Shown here piece after piece: positions 39,018 to 49,332 of a stretch of DNA of 64,000 nt. The stretch comes from Candidatus Obscuribacterales bacterium. Lineage in GTDB: Bacteria > Cyanobacteriota > Vampirovibrionia > Obscuribacterales > Obscuribacteraceae. Numbering within the stretch: position 1 is the first letter of the stretch; each line of letters opens with the position of its first letter. Under the pieces are notes generated by a model. That model worked only from the letters and a program-made list of their open reading frames with translations, ran no database searches and was not told where the DNA came from. The position numbers and the translations under genes are program-made. Location of the stretch: assembly GCA_965228855.1 (NCBI GenBank), contig CBDDIJ010000003.1:1280001-1344000 (forward strand), given 5' to 3'.

Positions 39018-39887
39018 CTATTCCTTGGCCAGAACGAAATTCAGTCCCTTCGCGAAGCTCTTGTGCGAAGGCGGCAATTCGTGTCCGCAGTCGATTTCTT
39101 CGAGTTCTACCTTGATTCCCTGTTTCCTCAATGCTTCAGCCAGAGACTTTTGCAATGGCGGTGGAATCGTAGCGTCAGCTTTTGCCGACATCATGTACAC
39201 GCGGGTTTGTTTTGGAAATTTTTCTATCTTTGGCATGATGCTCATGTCCAAATATCGCTGCTTAACTTCCTCGGTGTCCGGCGGACCGCCGAAACACTGT
39301 TCGAGCGCCGAGCGAACAAGCGCCGTTGTTGTTTTCTCGTGAAGTTCCACGAAATCGCCGGCCGGATACATCGCAATAACTCCGATGATTTTTCTGCGAA
39401 TTTCTTCCGGCGCTGTCGCCGAATAACTGAGGGCAGTTGAAGCACCCATGGAACATCCGCACAAAACAATGTCTCTGGATGGATACTTCTTCAAAATAGC
39501 ATTGATACTATTGGTAATATCATTCGAAGAGTCTTCGTCCGCCCATTTCCCGCCGGCTCCGAACTGGGTGGACATAAACGTGATGCCGGGTTTGAAGTGA
39601 GTGACCGTATCAGCATAAGTGTGTCGCCAGGGAAGGGAAAAAGGCTGTTGCCAGTTTGCTCCCAGTCCGTGCAGGTAGACGACTAGGAGAGATTCGTCAC
39701 CTATTCCGAAAATGCCGGACGTAGGCGCGATATAACCGACAGTCAGGTCGCGCTTGCCGCTTCGTACCTGCGTTTGTTCACAATCTGTAGTAGCGTGTTT
39801 CTTTCCGCAGGCGGAGAGAAAGAACGGCACCGATAGTAGTGTCACGCCGGATACGAGAACTGGAAGAAAGCGTTTTCTTAAAAACAT
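39018..39887 (-). CDS. Alpha/beta hydrolase lipoprotein
   Basis: Lipobox LSAC, YLHGLG, GCSMG nucleophile elbow, D and H triad residues. Confidence 0.85.
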   Translation of the reverse strand: MFLRKRFLPVLVSGVTLLSVPFFLSACGKKHATTDCEQTQVRSGKRDLTVGYIAPTSGIFGIGDESLLVVYLHGLGANWQQPFSLPWRHTYADTVTHFKPGITFMSTQFGAGGKWADEDSSNDITNSINAILKKYPSRDIVLCGCSMGASTALSYSATAPEEIRRKIIGVIAMYPAGDFVELHEKTTTALVRSALEQCFGGPPDTEEVKQRYLDMSIMPKIEKFPKQTRVYMMSAKADATIPPPLQKSLAEALRKQGIKVELEEIDCGHELPPSHKSFAKGLNFVLAKE

Positions 39888-40055
39888 CGTAAATAACTTA
39901 ACAGGCAGATCCCGGATTGGGACCTCGCAATGCCCACACATTAGCACGCTTGCCGTTTCATCAAGTTGCCATATAGAGATAAAAAGAGTTTCAGAGCGCC
40001 CGTTCTCTTGTCTACTTGGAATACGATCTAGCGATTGTCTCTCAGCGAGAACGAT

Positions 40056-41507
40056 TTGTTATTTAATAGCGTCGCCTACCTCATATTTCTGCCCCTGGTG
40101 CTCTGCCTGTACTGGCTAGTGCCGAGCAAGTGGCGAACGCTACTGCTATTGGCTGCGAGTTACGTGTTTTACATGAGCTGGAAGCCAGTCTACGGGCTTC
40201 TAATTCTTGGTCTGACGGCGATGAACTATTGCCTCGGTCTCTGGCTTGCGCGCAGCACCAAGCACAAGAAGTTGTTGCTGGTCGGGACGATTTTCGCGAA
40301 TTTGCTAGTTCTTGCCATATTCAAATACGCCTATTTCACAGTCGATGTAATGAATCAGGCTCTAGAACCCGTAGGCGCTCACGTTCCCAATATTACCTGG
40401 CAAATCATTCTGCCGCTCGGCATCTCGTTTTTCGTATTCGAATTTATTCATTACATAAGCGATGTTTATCGCGGCGATAAACCAATAAAGTCTTTCTGGC
40501 AATTCGCATTGTTTCCCAGCTTCTTTCCGACACAAATCGCCGGTCCCATCAAGCGCTACCAGGATTTCATACCTCAGTTGAACGAGGAGAAACACTTCAA
40601 GCTGAAAGACCTCGATGAGGGATTCAAGCTGATTATCTTCGGTTTGTTCAAGAAGGTGATTTTCGCCGATAACCTCGCTGTCGCCGTTGCCAGTGCGTTC
40701 TCACATCCAGAGCTTCTCAGCGGAGCAGACCTTTGGTTGGCTGTTTATGCCTTTGCTTTCCAAATCTACTTCGATTTCTCCGGATACACTGACATTGCCC
40801 GGGGCTCGGCCCAGCTCTTTGGATTTAAGGTCCCGATAAACTTTTCCTTGCCTTATCTCGCAGGCAGCATCACGGAGTTTTGGCATCGCTGGCATATCTC
40901 GTTGTCGACGTGGCTCCGTGACTATCTCTACATTCCGTTGGGTGGCAGCAAAGGCAAGACTAAGTGGTTTACCTACAGAAATCTATTTCTGACTATGCTG
41001 TTGGGTGGTCTCTGGCATGGCGCTGCGATGAACTTTGTTGTGTGGGGAGCGTATCAGGGGATTCTTCTAATACTTCACAAAGAATTTCGGCTTGTTGCAG
41101 AACGCATCTCTCCGCTTAGACGAATCCTCGATAATCCCGTCGGCAAGCTCCTTTCGATTGTCGTGACCTTCAATTTGGTTTGTATCGGTTGGGTATTCTT
41201 CCGAGCGGAAACATTCGATACTGCTTGTCGGATTATCGCAAAACTAACTTTCATACCTCAGCTCATGTCTGCTCCGGAGACTGCTTTCACCGTCAACCTT
41301 CCGACAATCACAGACCCTGCAATATTCATGGTCTTGCCGCTTCTGCTGCTGCTTTTGCTTGCGGGGCAGATTGCCAGTGGAATCACACAGCAAAAGGTAG
41401 TTCAGCTCCCGAGGTTGGTGGACATTGCTTATGTCGCATCAATGGTGCTTCTGCTGCTAATTTTTTCGCCTGATACGTCGCCAAAATTTATTTACTTCCA
41501 GTTCTAG
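40056..41507 (+). CDS. MBOAT O-acyltransferase (AlgI/DltB-like) no. 2
   Basis: FFPTQIAGPI, YFDFSGY, FWHRWHISL, GLWHG, FIYFQF. Confidence 0.93.
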   Translation: MLFNSVAYLIFLPLVLCLYWLVPSKWRTLLLLAASYVFYMSWKPVYGLLILGLTAMNYCLGLWLARSTKHKKLLLVGTIFANLLVLAIFKYAYFTVDVMNQALEPVGAHVPNITWQIILPLGISFFVFEFIHYISDVYRGDKPIKSFWQFALFPSFFPTQIAGPIKRYQDFIPQLNEEKHFKLKDLDEGFKLIIFGLFKKVIFADNLAVAVASAFSHPELLSGADLWLAVYAFAFQIYFDFSGYTDIARGSAQLFGFKVPINFSLPYLAGSITEFWHRWHISLSTWLRDYLYIPLGGSKGKTKWFTYRNLFLTMLLGGLWHGAAMNFVVWGAYQGILLILHKEFRLVAERISPLRRILDNPVGKLLSIVVTFNLVCIGWVFFRAETFDTACRIIAKLTFIPQLMSAPETAFTVNLPTITDPAIFMVLPLLLLLLLAGQIASGITQQKVVQLPRLVDIAYVASMVLLLLIFSPDTSPKFIYFQF

Positions 41508-41520
41508 TTCTTCAATAACC

Positions 41521-42750
41521 ATGACCAAACCTGAGCCAGACAACCTGAAGTCCGTGATTGCGAAGAGTAACGCAGTGGCGGTTATTGTCGTGGTTTTGCT
41601 GGTCAACTTTGCGTTTGCGTCTTTAAATCCCTTCGGTAAAACCACGTTAGCTGATTTGCCTAAAGACCATAGCTGGATATCCTGGACCACGAGTGACTTC
41701 GTCGGTCAACCGGCGACTCCCGATATCGTCTTTCTAGGGTCATCCCTGCTTTTGCATCCGCTGACGATGCTCGATGCGCACCATTTGAAAAGGACCGTCG
41801 ACTACGCTGATTACCATCGCAGTGCATACACTGAAGAGCGAATTGCGGCGAGCATGGGCGTTAAGAAGCCTATTGCCTTCAACTTCGCAATGCCTGGTGG
41901 CATGATATCGGACGATTGGATTATCACAGAGGCGATGGTTCGTTCTAGCAAGAAACCTAAGCTTATAGTTCTTGGTATTTGTGCTCGCGACTTCATGGAT
42001 TGCAAGGTTCGCTGTCCAGGCGTGATGCCGACCTTCAAATATCTGAGTAAGGCAATCGATATGCAGCCTGTTCTTGATCTTGCCCTCCCAAATCTTACTG
42101 ATAGAACCGACTTTGTAATTGGCAAGATAGCTTATTTGTGGGATGTAAAACCCGCTATCCAAGAACTTCTTCGGGGGCAGACCAGAAGTGCCTTTGCTGC
42201 CTGTGGTGTTACAAATGGTGCTTCGCAGTTTACACCTGAGCAACTAGACAAACTGTTGACGGCTGACATGTCGGCCGAATTAGAACGAGGAATGATGGTT
42301 GAAGAGCCAGACAAAGAGCGGCCTTTCTCTGACAATACGCTTGAGTATCTTCAAAGGTATAAGCATCGTCATGAATCCCTTTTTGCTTCCGAAAAGAAAT
42401 TTTTCGAGAAGCTTCTGATTGCAGCAAAGTCCAATGATATCAAAGTCGTAGTCGTGAATATGCCGCTTACAACACTCAACGTCAAACTCATGCCGCCTGG
42501 TACTTACAATGATTATCTAAATACAGTGCAGACTCTGACATCCAAGCATGATGCCGTTTTTGCTGATTTTAACGATGATGATCGATTCCCCTCGAGTTTG
42601 TTTTACGACACCGTTCACATGAATTCCGCCGGCGGAAAGAGGTTCGTAGACGCGCTTGTAGAACTGATTTCCGCAGATAAGGTTTGTATTGAGAAGTTGT
42701 CGTCACCCGGAGCGGATGGTATCGCAGCTGGTGGCGGCCCGCCACTCTGA
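41521..42750 (+). CDS. SGNH/DltD-like partner no. 2
   Basis: FLGSSL, FYDTVHMN; paralogue of 37811-39016. Confidence 0.75.
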   Translation: MTKPEPDNLKSVIAKSNAVAVIVVVLLVNFAFASLNPFGKTTLADLPKDHSWISWTTSDFVGQPATPDIVFLGSSLLLHPLTMLDAHHLKRTVDYADYHRSAYTEERIAASMGVKKPIAFNFAMPGGMISDDWIITEAMVRSSKKPKLIVLGICARDFMDCKVRCPGVMPTFKYLSKAIDMQPVLDLALPNLTDRTDFVIGKIAYLWDVKPAIQELLRGQTRSAFAACGVTNGASQFTPEQLDKLLTADMSAELERGMMVEEPDKERPFSDNTLEYLQRYKHRHESLFASEKKFFEKLLIAAKSNDIKVVVVNMPLTTLNVKLMPPGTYNDYLNTVQTLTSKHDAVFADFNDDDRFPSSLFYDTVHMNSAGGKRFVDALVELISADKVCIEKLSSPGADGIAAGGGPPL

Positions 42751-42907
42751 CGTAAGCGAACCGGGCTGCTTGAACATACGGATGGTCGTATTGTCGACTG
42801 TTTGTATTATTGGCAATTTCGGTCCGAAAGCGCTAAAAATCCGACGGAGCCTGTGATTCAGGCGATGTAGACAGTTCGCTACTCCCAGCCAATGTATTTG
42901 TCGTATG

Positions 42908-42945
42908 TACGACCATTCAACAAGAGAACTTGTGGAACGGTCGTA
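42908..42945. repeat. Long imperfect palindrome
   Basis: TACGACCATTCAACAAG-AGAA-CTTGTGGAACGGTCGTA, 15/17 complementary. Confidence 0.8.
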
Positions 42946-43185
42946 TATCCGTATTTACATATTTAGGTAAGTCCGTAAATTGGAATGCTCATCAATCCGG
43001 TTTTGTTTTTACTCTGAATTTGTAGAATGCGTCGCGCTTAAGCGGAGCGTCTAGAGACGCTCTACGCGTTCGTTCCCGTCAGTAAGTAGAGAAGCTTTTA
43101 ACATAACGCTTGATGAATGAAAGCAAGAATTGGAGCCCATTCCGACTATACTTTTAGCTTGTCAGGAATACGGAGCTGACGATAG

Positions 43186-44307
43186 ATGAACTCACGGAAA
43201 CTCTCAATCGGCGCACTTGTTGTGGTTATCTCTGCGGCGTTTTTGTCGTACTTTTGCAAGTATTCGCCGGATATGACGCCGACAGTCGACCCGAAGTACG
43301 AGACAAGCGCGCCTGAACTGCAAACGGTTCCAAATCCGAAGTTCGCTGAGGGAATTCTCAACTCCAACATTGCAATGGTGCTGATCCACTCGGACTTCTC
43401 CGACAAGAACGCGCTGGCGCTAGATGCTCTTCGCACATGGGCGAAAGAACAGTTCAGTCAGGATATCCAGTATCTTCACCCCGTATCTTGGACAGTCGAC
43501 GAGAGTCAAAATACAATTTTTTCTGCCTTCGTGACTAACCTCATGGGACCCGCTCGTGGACTACTTGAAGGTGGCATCAAGCAGTTTCTCAGGTGGCGTG
43601 TGGATGAGTTTCACGGCTCTGATGCATATCAGAGTTTCCGCCTCGATTATTACAACCTGTTTGGCGTAGACCCTGAAGCTGCAACGCTTCTAGTGCGCTA
43701 CCAGGAAGAGCGAGCTAAGTTGGCAACCGAAGTTATTACCGGACTTCTCTATGTGATCACAGCATTCGCTGGCTGTCTGACCTACTACTTCGTTTCAACG
43801 CAATGGCTCTGCCGCGGTCGCCTGGCTTTGTCATACGGATGGTTGTCCGTTGCATTCATGTACACTGCCTGCGCCTGGTACGCGAATGAAGTCTCGTTTA
43901 TGGTATCGGCTGCGGTATCATGTCTGATCGGATTGTACCTTCGTTATCCGGTTTCGCTGTCGTTTGATGAGGCTGGTTATCTTGATGTGCGCGCCATTGA
44001 AATAAGTAGAAGAGTGGTTGCGGCCGTAGCCTGGATCTCGCTCACTCTGGTAGGAATTCAGATATTGACCTGGGTCAAAAGCGGAAGCTTAATGGAGCCC
44101 GATCCAGTGACTCTGTTGGTTTGCAGTGCAACTGGTAACTTCTTCCATGATCCATCAAACATCAAGAAAACCATCTCGCATGTTGTCGGAGTCATCTGGA
44201 TCCTTTCCAGTCTATCCACACTCTATGTCCTCAAGCAGGGCGCACCGGCGACTCCCGATCTTGAAAAACAACTCGAGTCACTCGAGAACACCGGCGTAGT
44301 CAGATAG
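43186..44307 (+). CDS. Hypothetical membrane protein
   Basis: N-terminal TM helix, soluble domain, about 5 C-terminal TM helices. Confidence 0.7.
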   Translation: MNSRKLSIGALVVVISAAFLSYFCKYSPDMTPTVDPKYETSAPELQTVPNPKFAEGILNSNIAMVLIHSDFSDKNALALDALRTWAKEQFSQDIQYLHPVSWTVDESQNTIFSAFVTNLMGPARGLLEGGIKQFLRWRVDEFHGSDAYQSFRLDYYNLFGVDPEAATLLVRYQEERAKLATEVITGLLYVITAFAGCLTYYFVSTQWLCRGRLALSYGWLSVAFMYTACAWYANEVSFMVSAAVSCLIGLYLRYPVSLSFDEAGYLDVRAIEISRRVVAAVAWISLTLVGIQILTWVKSGSLMEPDPVTLLVCSATGNFFHDPSNIKKTISHVVGVIWILSSLSTLYVLKQGAPATPDLEKQLESLENTGVVR

Positions 44308-44324
44308 GCATATCACTTGATTCC

Positions 44325-44993
44325 CTATTCATCAGGAGATGGATGAGGAAGACCGGGGCAACCGTATTCTTCAAGCGAAGGTAAGTCTTTGACTTCCGGC
44401 TCCAGCCAATGAGGAATCACCTCACGGTTTTGAATTGAGTTTAAAACTCGCGCTGAGATATATCTGTCCGCTGCCCCGCCGGTGAGATTTTTCTGGCGAG
44501 CCTCCATACCGATCGAACGACCGATCATGTTGTTGTAGAGGTCTTTTCGCGTGTCCATATAGTGTGAGTACCTTCTGCCATCACCGGATAGGTATGCTTC
44601 GACGTACTCATTTGCTCTGAAGAGTAGATCCGCGATCTGCTCTCCGAATTCATAAGCCACAAGACCGGATCCAAAGGCATGTTGAAATCCGTTGATGACT
44701 TGCTTGTGGACTCGAAGCGGTTTGTGGTTGACCTGGATGTCGTAAGTAAACGCGCCGTACGTCTCCATCGATGGAATCTCAGTGAACTTGCGAGGCTGGA
44801 GCGACATTGGAATTAGTTCGCTTCTACCGAAAACCTTTTGTTCGTAAGCGCTTACTCGCCATATGACGCTGAAGACGTACAGAGCCAGTAATGCGATCGG
44901 TATCATGGCGATTGCCACCACACTCTTCAGCTTCGACTTCTCACATTTTAGGGGAGTACTAACTGCTGGTTTCTGCCGGACCGCTGTGGTCAT
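44325..44993 (-). CDS. Hypothetical membrane-anchored protein (HA...DLYNNxxG motif, DUF6973-like)
   Basis: TM helix; NGFQHAFGS...KDLYNNMIGR. Confidence 0.65.
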   Translation of the reverse strand: MTTAVRQKPAVSTPLKCEKSKLKSVVAIAMIPIALLALYVFSVIWRVSAYEQKVFGRSELIPMSLQPRKFTEIPSMETYGAFTYDIQVNHKPLRVHKQVINGFQHAFGSGLVAYEFGEQIADLLFRANEYVEAYLSGDGRRYSHYMDTRKDLYNNMIGRSIGMEARQKNLTGGAADRYISARVLNSIQNREVIPHWLEPEVKDLPSLEEYGCPGLPHPSPDE

Positions 44994-45176
44994 ATTGGTG
45001 CCCCTTGATAACAACTGGTGTCTGCCATAAGGTCTATGACAATGATGAGTCAGAAGTGTTCCTGATGAGAAGTAAGAGTTGCGTTAAGCGACCGTGAACC
45101 ATGTCATAAATTGTGCACCGCAGGCAGTGCCCAAGCTGGTTTGGTAGAATGTGCTAACCGGAGAGAAATTAGGGAA

Positions 45177-45914
45177 ATGCGTTTACTCATCACAGTTATC
45201 AGTCTAGTGTCGTGTGTCATCGTTGGTGTCTGCGGTGCCGCATATGGTGGCTCGACCGGCAACGGTTTGTCAGTTTCGTCTGTTAAAGGCGACAGTGGGA
45301 CGAGCTATCACCTTTACGAGAGGGGGGCAGACCTGGATGTTGCCTGGCAAGTAAAAAGACCTTCCAAGAGCGATCCCAGGATAAGACTTTGTATCCCTGC
45401 TGCATTTACCACGACGACAGGCACCGTGGTCGGTATCTATTGTGTGAACGGCAAAATCGGCCATCGTAATCAAATTTCCAGACCAATTGGCGGTGTCCTG
45501 GAAATAGTGAATGGAAAGTTCAAGATTTTCCCGAGTAACAAAGGTGCTAAATTTACGCCCGAGTTTCTTGCCTCTCTGGAAAACAGCAAGGCATCTCTGT
45601 TTCAGCAATTTCAGCTAGTCGAGAACGGAACGCCTGCCAAGTTCAAAGACAAAAAACACTTTCAAATGCGTGCGATTGCAAAGTTCAGCAGTGGTCTAGA
45701 GGCCATTGTCGAGAGCGATACTGCAATTGATTTTAAAACTTTCAATTCCGATTTGGCGTTGATGGGTGTGAAAGACGCCATATATACCGATATGGGTGCC
45801 TGGGATGAAGGTTGGTATCGCGATTCGAAGACCGGCAACCTGGTTGCGATCGGTCTGGATCGTTCTAAGACCGACAAGCAAACTAACTGGGTGACCTTTG
45901 TTCAGCGTCCCTAA
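45177..45914 (+). CDS. Secreted hypothetical protein (phosphodiester-glycosidase-like fold possible)
   Basis: Signal peptide; FQQFQLVENG, AIYTDMG. Confidence 0.65.
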   Translation: MRLLITVISLVSCVIVGVCGAAYGGSTGNGLSVSSVKGDSGTSYHLYERGADLDVAWQVKRPSKSDPRIRLCIPAAFTTTTGTVVGIYCVNGKIGHRNQISRPIGGVLEIVNGKFKIFPSNKGAKFTPEFLASLENSKASLFQQFQLVENGTPAKFKDKKHFQMRAIAKFSSGLEAIVESDTAIDFKTFNSDLALMGVKDAIYTDMGAWDEGWYRDSKTGNLVAIGLDRSKTDKQTNWVTFVQRP

Positions 45915-47212
45915 CGGTTCAGTCGCTGCAGTTTCGAGATTGCATGACCAAAATATCTAATTGGCACGTTTGCATGTTCATCTTTTGTGTTCGCGAACAC
46001 AATCGGCGTGCCGGCTAGGTCTTGCGGTCCTAGAGGTCCACGGCCTCTCCTGCCATAATCTATGCTTATTAGATTCGGATTTCTGCGAACCAGAGCGGCG
46101 GCACTTTCTGCTTGCACTCCGCTCAGGCTGGCTGTTTCACCAGTCCACAAATTCAGAAACGCCGCTTTGCCGCTGGCGAACTTTCCGTTTCTCACATTAT
46201 GCTCAATCCAATCATCGACAGCTTGTTTGGTTTCATACTGCGAATCGAAACTGGCGAGAGTAGTGACTTTTTCGTATAACGGACTTGTTCTGAGTTGGTT
46301 AAGCTCGTGAGCGACAGCATTGTAGCCGGCAGAATGTGAGACGATCGTGATGTTGGAGATGTCACCTAATGTCTTTCCGTTTAGCCGCATTGACGCATCT
46401 ATTGCGCCGATGAAACCGGTTTTGAATTTACTGTTCGAAACACCATTGGCGGCACCGTCCACTTTTTGCCAGGAAGGGACGATGAGGATACTGTTCGGCG
46501 GAGCTTGAGCCATTTGTTCTTGCAGTCGGGCATTTCTGAATGCACTGCCTATGGTGTCATTCCATCCATGGTTGTAAACGATAACGTTAACCGGTTTTGA
46601 TGGATCGAAATTTGGATTGACGTAAACCTTCGCGTCTGGGATTCTGCCCATCGTGCGAGCATCCAGGCGGTCGCTCAGATTGAATGTTTGTGCGCTGCGG
46701 ACTACCTGGCGCTCAGGCGCTTGTTGTCGATCGCTTGGTGCGTTTCTTTGCTCTCCTGGCTGCTGCGGTCTCACTGTATCTTGAGGAACGGGCGCTTCTC
46801 TCCTGCGCAGTTGAGGTTGATCCCAGCCGGGTCTCGATGGATCCCATACTGGTGACCGATTTCGTTGCTCGTTAGGAGCAGAGAAACGTTCGGTTTGACG
46901 CTCCGGAACCGTCGCACGTTGAGTTTCAGGCACCTTTGCCGACGGCTCCTGCGACCTTATCCAGCGACGGTCGTCAGCCGTGTCGATTGTAAGCCTGGAC
47001 CGGCCGAGTTCGGATGTAGTTGCCTGAGCAACTTCAATTGGTATCTGCGGTGACGCTTGCGTATTTAATGGCACAGTGAAATCCAGGGTCGGCGGTTCAA
47101 GACGACCTGTGGTTTGACCCCTGGGCGCCTCTAAGTACGCCGGCTCGAAGGGAATCGAAGTTAGCGACTTCGATTCTGTTGACTTTGCAGGCTGATCAAG
47201 GCCTGAAGGCAT
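45911..47212 (-). CDS. Alpha/beta hydrolase-like protein with long disordered N-terminus
   Basis: VYNHGWN, SHSAG elbow; Pro/Gln/Arg-rich N-terminal half. Confidence 0.7.
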   Translation of the reverse strand: MPSGLDQPAKSTESKSLTSIPFEPAYLEAPRGQTTGRLEPPTLDFTVPLNTQASPQIPIEVAQATTSELGRSRLTIDTADDRRWIRSQEPSAKVPETQRATVPERQTERFSAPNEQRNRSPVWDPSRPGWDQPQLRRREAPVPQDTVRPQQPGEQRNAPSDRQQAPERQVVRSAQTFNLSDRLDARTMGRIPDAKVYVNPNFDPSKPVNVIVYNHGWNDTIGSAFRNARLQEQMAQAPPNSILIVPSWQKVDGAANGVSNSKFKTGFIGAIDASMRLNGKTLGDISNITIVSHSAGYNAVAHELNQLRTSPLYEKVTTLASFDSQYETKQAVDDWIEHNVRNGKFASGKAAFLNLWTGETASLSGVQAESAAALVRRNPNLISIDYGRRGRGPLGPQDLAGTPIVFANTKDEHANVPIRYFGHAISKLQRLNR

Positions 47213-47444
47213 AGTGACTTCCTCGATTACCTGGGCTCAAATCCGTTTCTGCATACATGCAGAAAGACTTGAACTCTAGACATGTTTACTAAACCAGTTC
47301 ACTCCTTCCGAACCGGAAGGTCACTGATCGCTCTAGTGGTGGCGAAGTTCATAGGGTTAGGGGAGTCACCACATTCATGGAGTATGAAGCATCAACGTCA
47401 TCGTTTTGTGACATAGTCTCCAAGCTGATATGATTAACCCTCAC

Positions 47445-47528
47445 GCCCTTGTGTCGGAACTGGTATACGAGCCGCACTTAAAATGCGGTGCCCGTAAGGG
47501 ATTGAGGGTTCGATTCCCTCCGAGGGCA
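47445..47528 (+). tRNA. tRNA-Leu (anticodon TAA)
   Basis: Acceptor stem GCCCTTG/CGAGGGC, anticodon arm CCGCA-CTTAAAA-TGCGG, long variable arm, GAGGG-TTCGATT-CCCTC T-arm; CCA not encoded. Confidence 0.96.
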
Positions 47529-47550
47529 GTTCTTTGAAACTTTTATATCT

Positions 47551-48378
47551 TCAGTGCAGCCCCAGGCTGTGCAAACATGATCTTGTGATAGTTCTGGCCA
47601 CCCGACCCGTGGCTTTATCCTCCGCAGAAATATTTGTGGCGAAGATATAGGGGTTGTCGTCTTCAACGACGTAACCCACGAACCATCCCATCGTTGTCTT
47701 CTTGTTTTTCATGTCCGTACCCGTCTTGCCTCGGAGCACGCTTGAGCCATCATCTGAGACGACTATCAGTTTCTTGACGGTTTCCATTGCGTCCTTGGAA
47801 AAGGGCAGTTCGTTCTTATAAAGCCGGGTCAGGAACTTGACTTGCTCGTCAGGCGAAATCTTCAGTGAATCACCGAGCCAAAACTTTGTGATACCGCCGG
47901 ATATATCTTCGTTGCCATAGCCTACTTTGTGGATGTATTCCTTCATGCGAGCTTCGCCGATATCTTTGGCGACTTCCTGGAAGTACCAGACCGTTGAATC
48001 TTGAATCGCACTTTGTAGCGTGTGGTCATGGTTCCACGAGTCCAACCAGCGCCTGGTACCATCCCATTTCTTTTTGTCATCCGGTCCGGACAGGACTTTG
48101 CTGTCGAGTCCGGCAAGTGAATTGAAAATTTTGAAAGTGGAGCAGGGTGAAAACCGCTCTGCGCAACGTTTCTCATTGAATCGAATGTATTTGTCATTTT
48201 TCAAATCGTAGAGAACGAAAGCTCCCTGGTAGCCCTTGAACTTATGTTTTAAATCGACGTTGCTTTTCAACGTGACCGCTTGAGCCGGTTTCTGATCCAA
48301 ACCGAGCGCCGCGGCCGTTGCCAGCGCGATAGATGCAATGGCTGTCACGATAAGCTTCTTTGTCAATCTATTTTTCAT
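47551..48378 (-). CDS. Class D (OXA-like) beta-lactamase
   Basis: Signal peptide; PCSTFK, STV, YGN, FWLG, KTG and GWFVG motifs. Confidence 0.88.
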   Translation of the reverse strand: MKNRLTKKLIVTAIASIALATAAALGLDQKPAQAVTLKSNVDLKHKFKGYQGAFVLYDLKNDKYIRFNEKRCAERFSPCSTFKIFNSLAGLDSKVLSGPDDKKKWDGTRRWLDSWNHDHTLQSAIQDSTVWYFQEVAKDIGEARMKEYIHKVGYGNEDISGGITKFWLGDSLKISPDEQVKFLTRLYKNELPFSKDAMETVKKLIVVSDDGSSVLRGKTGTDMKNKKTTMGWFVGYVVEDDNPYIFATNISAEDKATGRVARTITRSCLHSLGLH

Positions 48379-48486
48379 TGATTCCTCATTGTTCTGAATT
48401 GGATGCCACCGGAGATGGTGGCATCCAGAACTCATAGCTCACGACGCCGCTACTTCAATTTCCGCGCTTTTGCATCAGATGCGATA

Positions 48487-49332
48487 TTACTGCTTGGAGG
48501 CTGCGAGCTGTTTGATCTTGACCTTATTCTCTAAAACGCCGATGCCTTCTACTTCCATCCTTACGACGTCGCCGTCTTTGAGCCAACCATACTTTGCCGG
48601 CTCAATTTCTTTGTTGGTTTCAGGATCAATTTTGGCGGAATGTTCCGCGATGCAGCCATTACCTACGGTGCCGGAGCCGATTATATATCCTGGTTCAATG
48701 CCGATGTTTTGCTGACCAAGCCAGGCCATAATGCGCGGAAAGCTCCAAGCCGCTTTCGACTTGGTTTCCGGATGCGTGTGATAAAGGGTGTTGGCGTTGG
48801 TTCTCGAGCGTTCCTCACCGTTCACAGTCAAAACCATTTCCATTTCGAGAACGCCGTGCTCGTCCATTTTTATGTCTTTGGCTGCCACCAGCTTCGGACC
48901 AATGCTGTTGCCAATAACGAATTTGCTGTTTGCTGGACCCAAACCCAGCATGTCTTTTTTCTGAATATCGCGAGCCGACCAGTCATTAAGAATAGTCAGG
49001 TAGCAGTGGTCTTTGAAAAACTTGAGAGCTTCTTCTTCGGTTTTGAGCAAAGCCTTTTGAGTGACGTAGCAACCGATTTCGAATTCAAAGTCAGGAGCTT
49101 TGACGCATTCCGGAATAGTTACCTCATCACCAGGTCCGAAAAGTTTGTCGGCGGTGATGTCGACTATGTAGTACGACCCGTGGTCGTACCATGCCGGCCA
49201 TATGCTGGTGCCGCGCTTGTCTCTGATTTGTTTGACGTGGGTTTCGAAGCCGAGGAAATCGAGCAGGACTCGAGGTTCTGGCACTTTCGTTCCAAATATC
49301 TCGACCATATTTTGGCTTTGTGTGTAAAGCAT
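48487..49332 (-). CDS. Fumarylacetoacetate hydrolase family protein
   Basis: DFEFEIG, LNDWSARDIQ, GSGTV, LKDGDVVRMEVEGIGVLEN; GGAGG RBS. Confidence 0.9.
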   Translation of the reverse strand: MLYTQSQNMVEIFGTKVPEPRVLLDFLGFETHVKQIRDKRGTSIWPAWYDHGSYYIVDITADKLFGPGDEVTIPECVKAPDFEFEIGCYVTQKALLKTEEEALKFFKDHCYLTILNDWSARDIQKKDMLGLGPANSKFVIGNSIGPKLVAAKDIKMDEHGVLEMEMVLTVNGEERSRTNANTLYHTHPETKSKAAWSFPRIMAWLGQQNIGIEPGYIIGSGTVGNGCIAEHSAKIDPETNKEIEPAKYGWLKDGDVVRMEVEGIGVLENKVKIKQLAASKQ

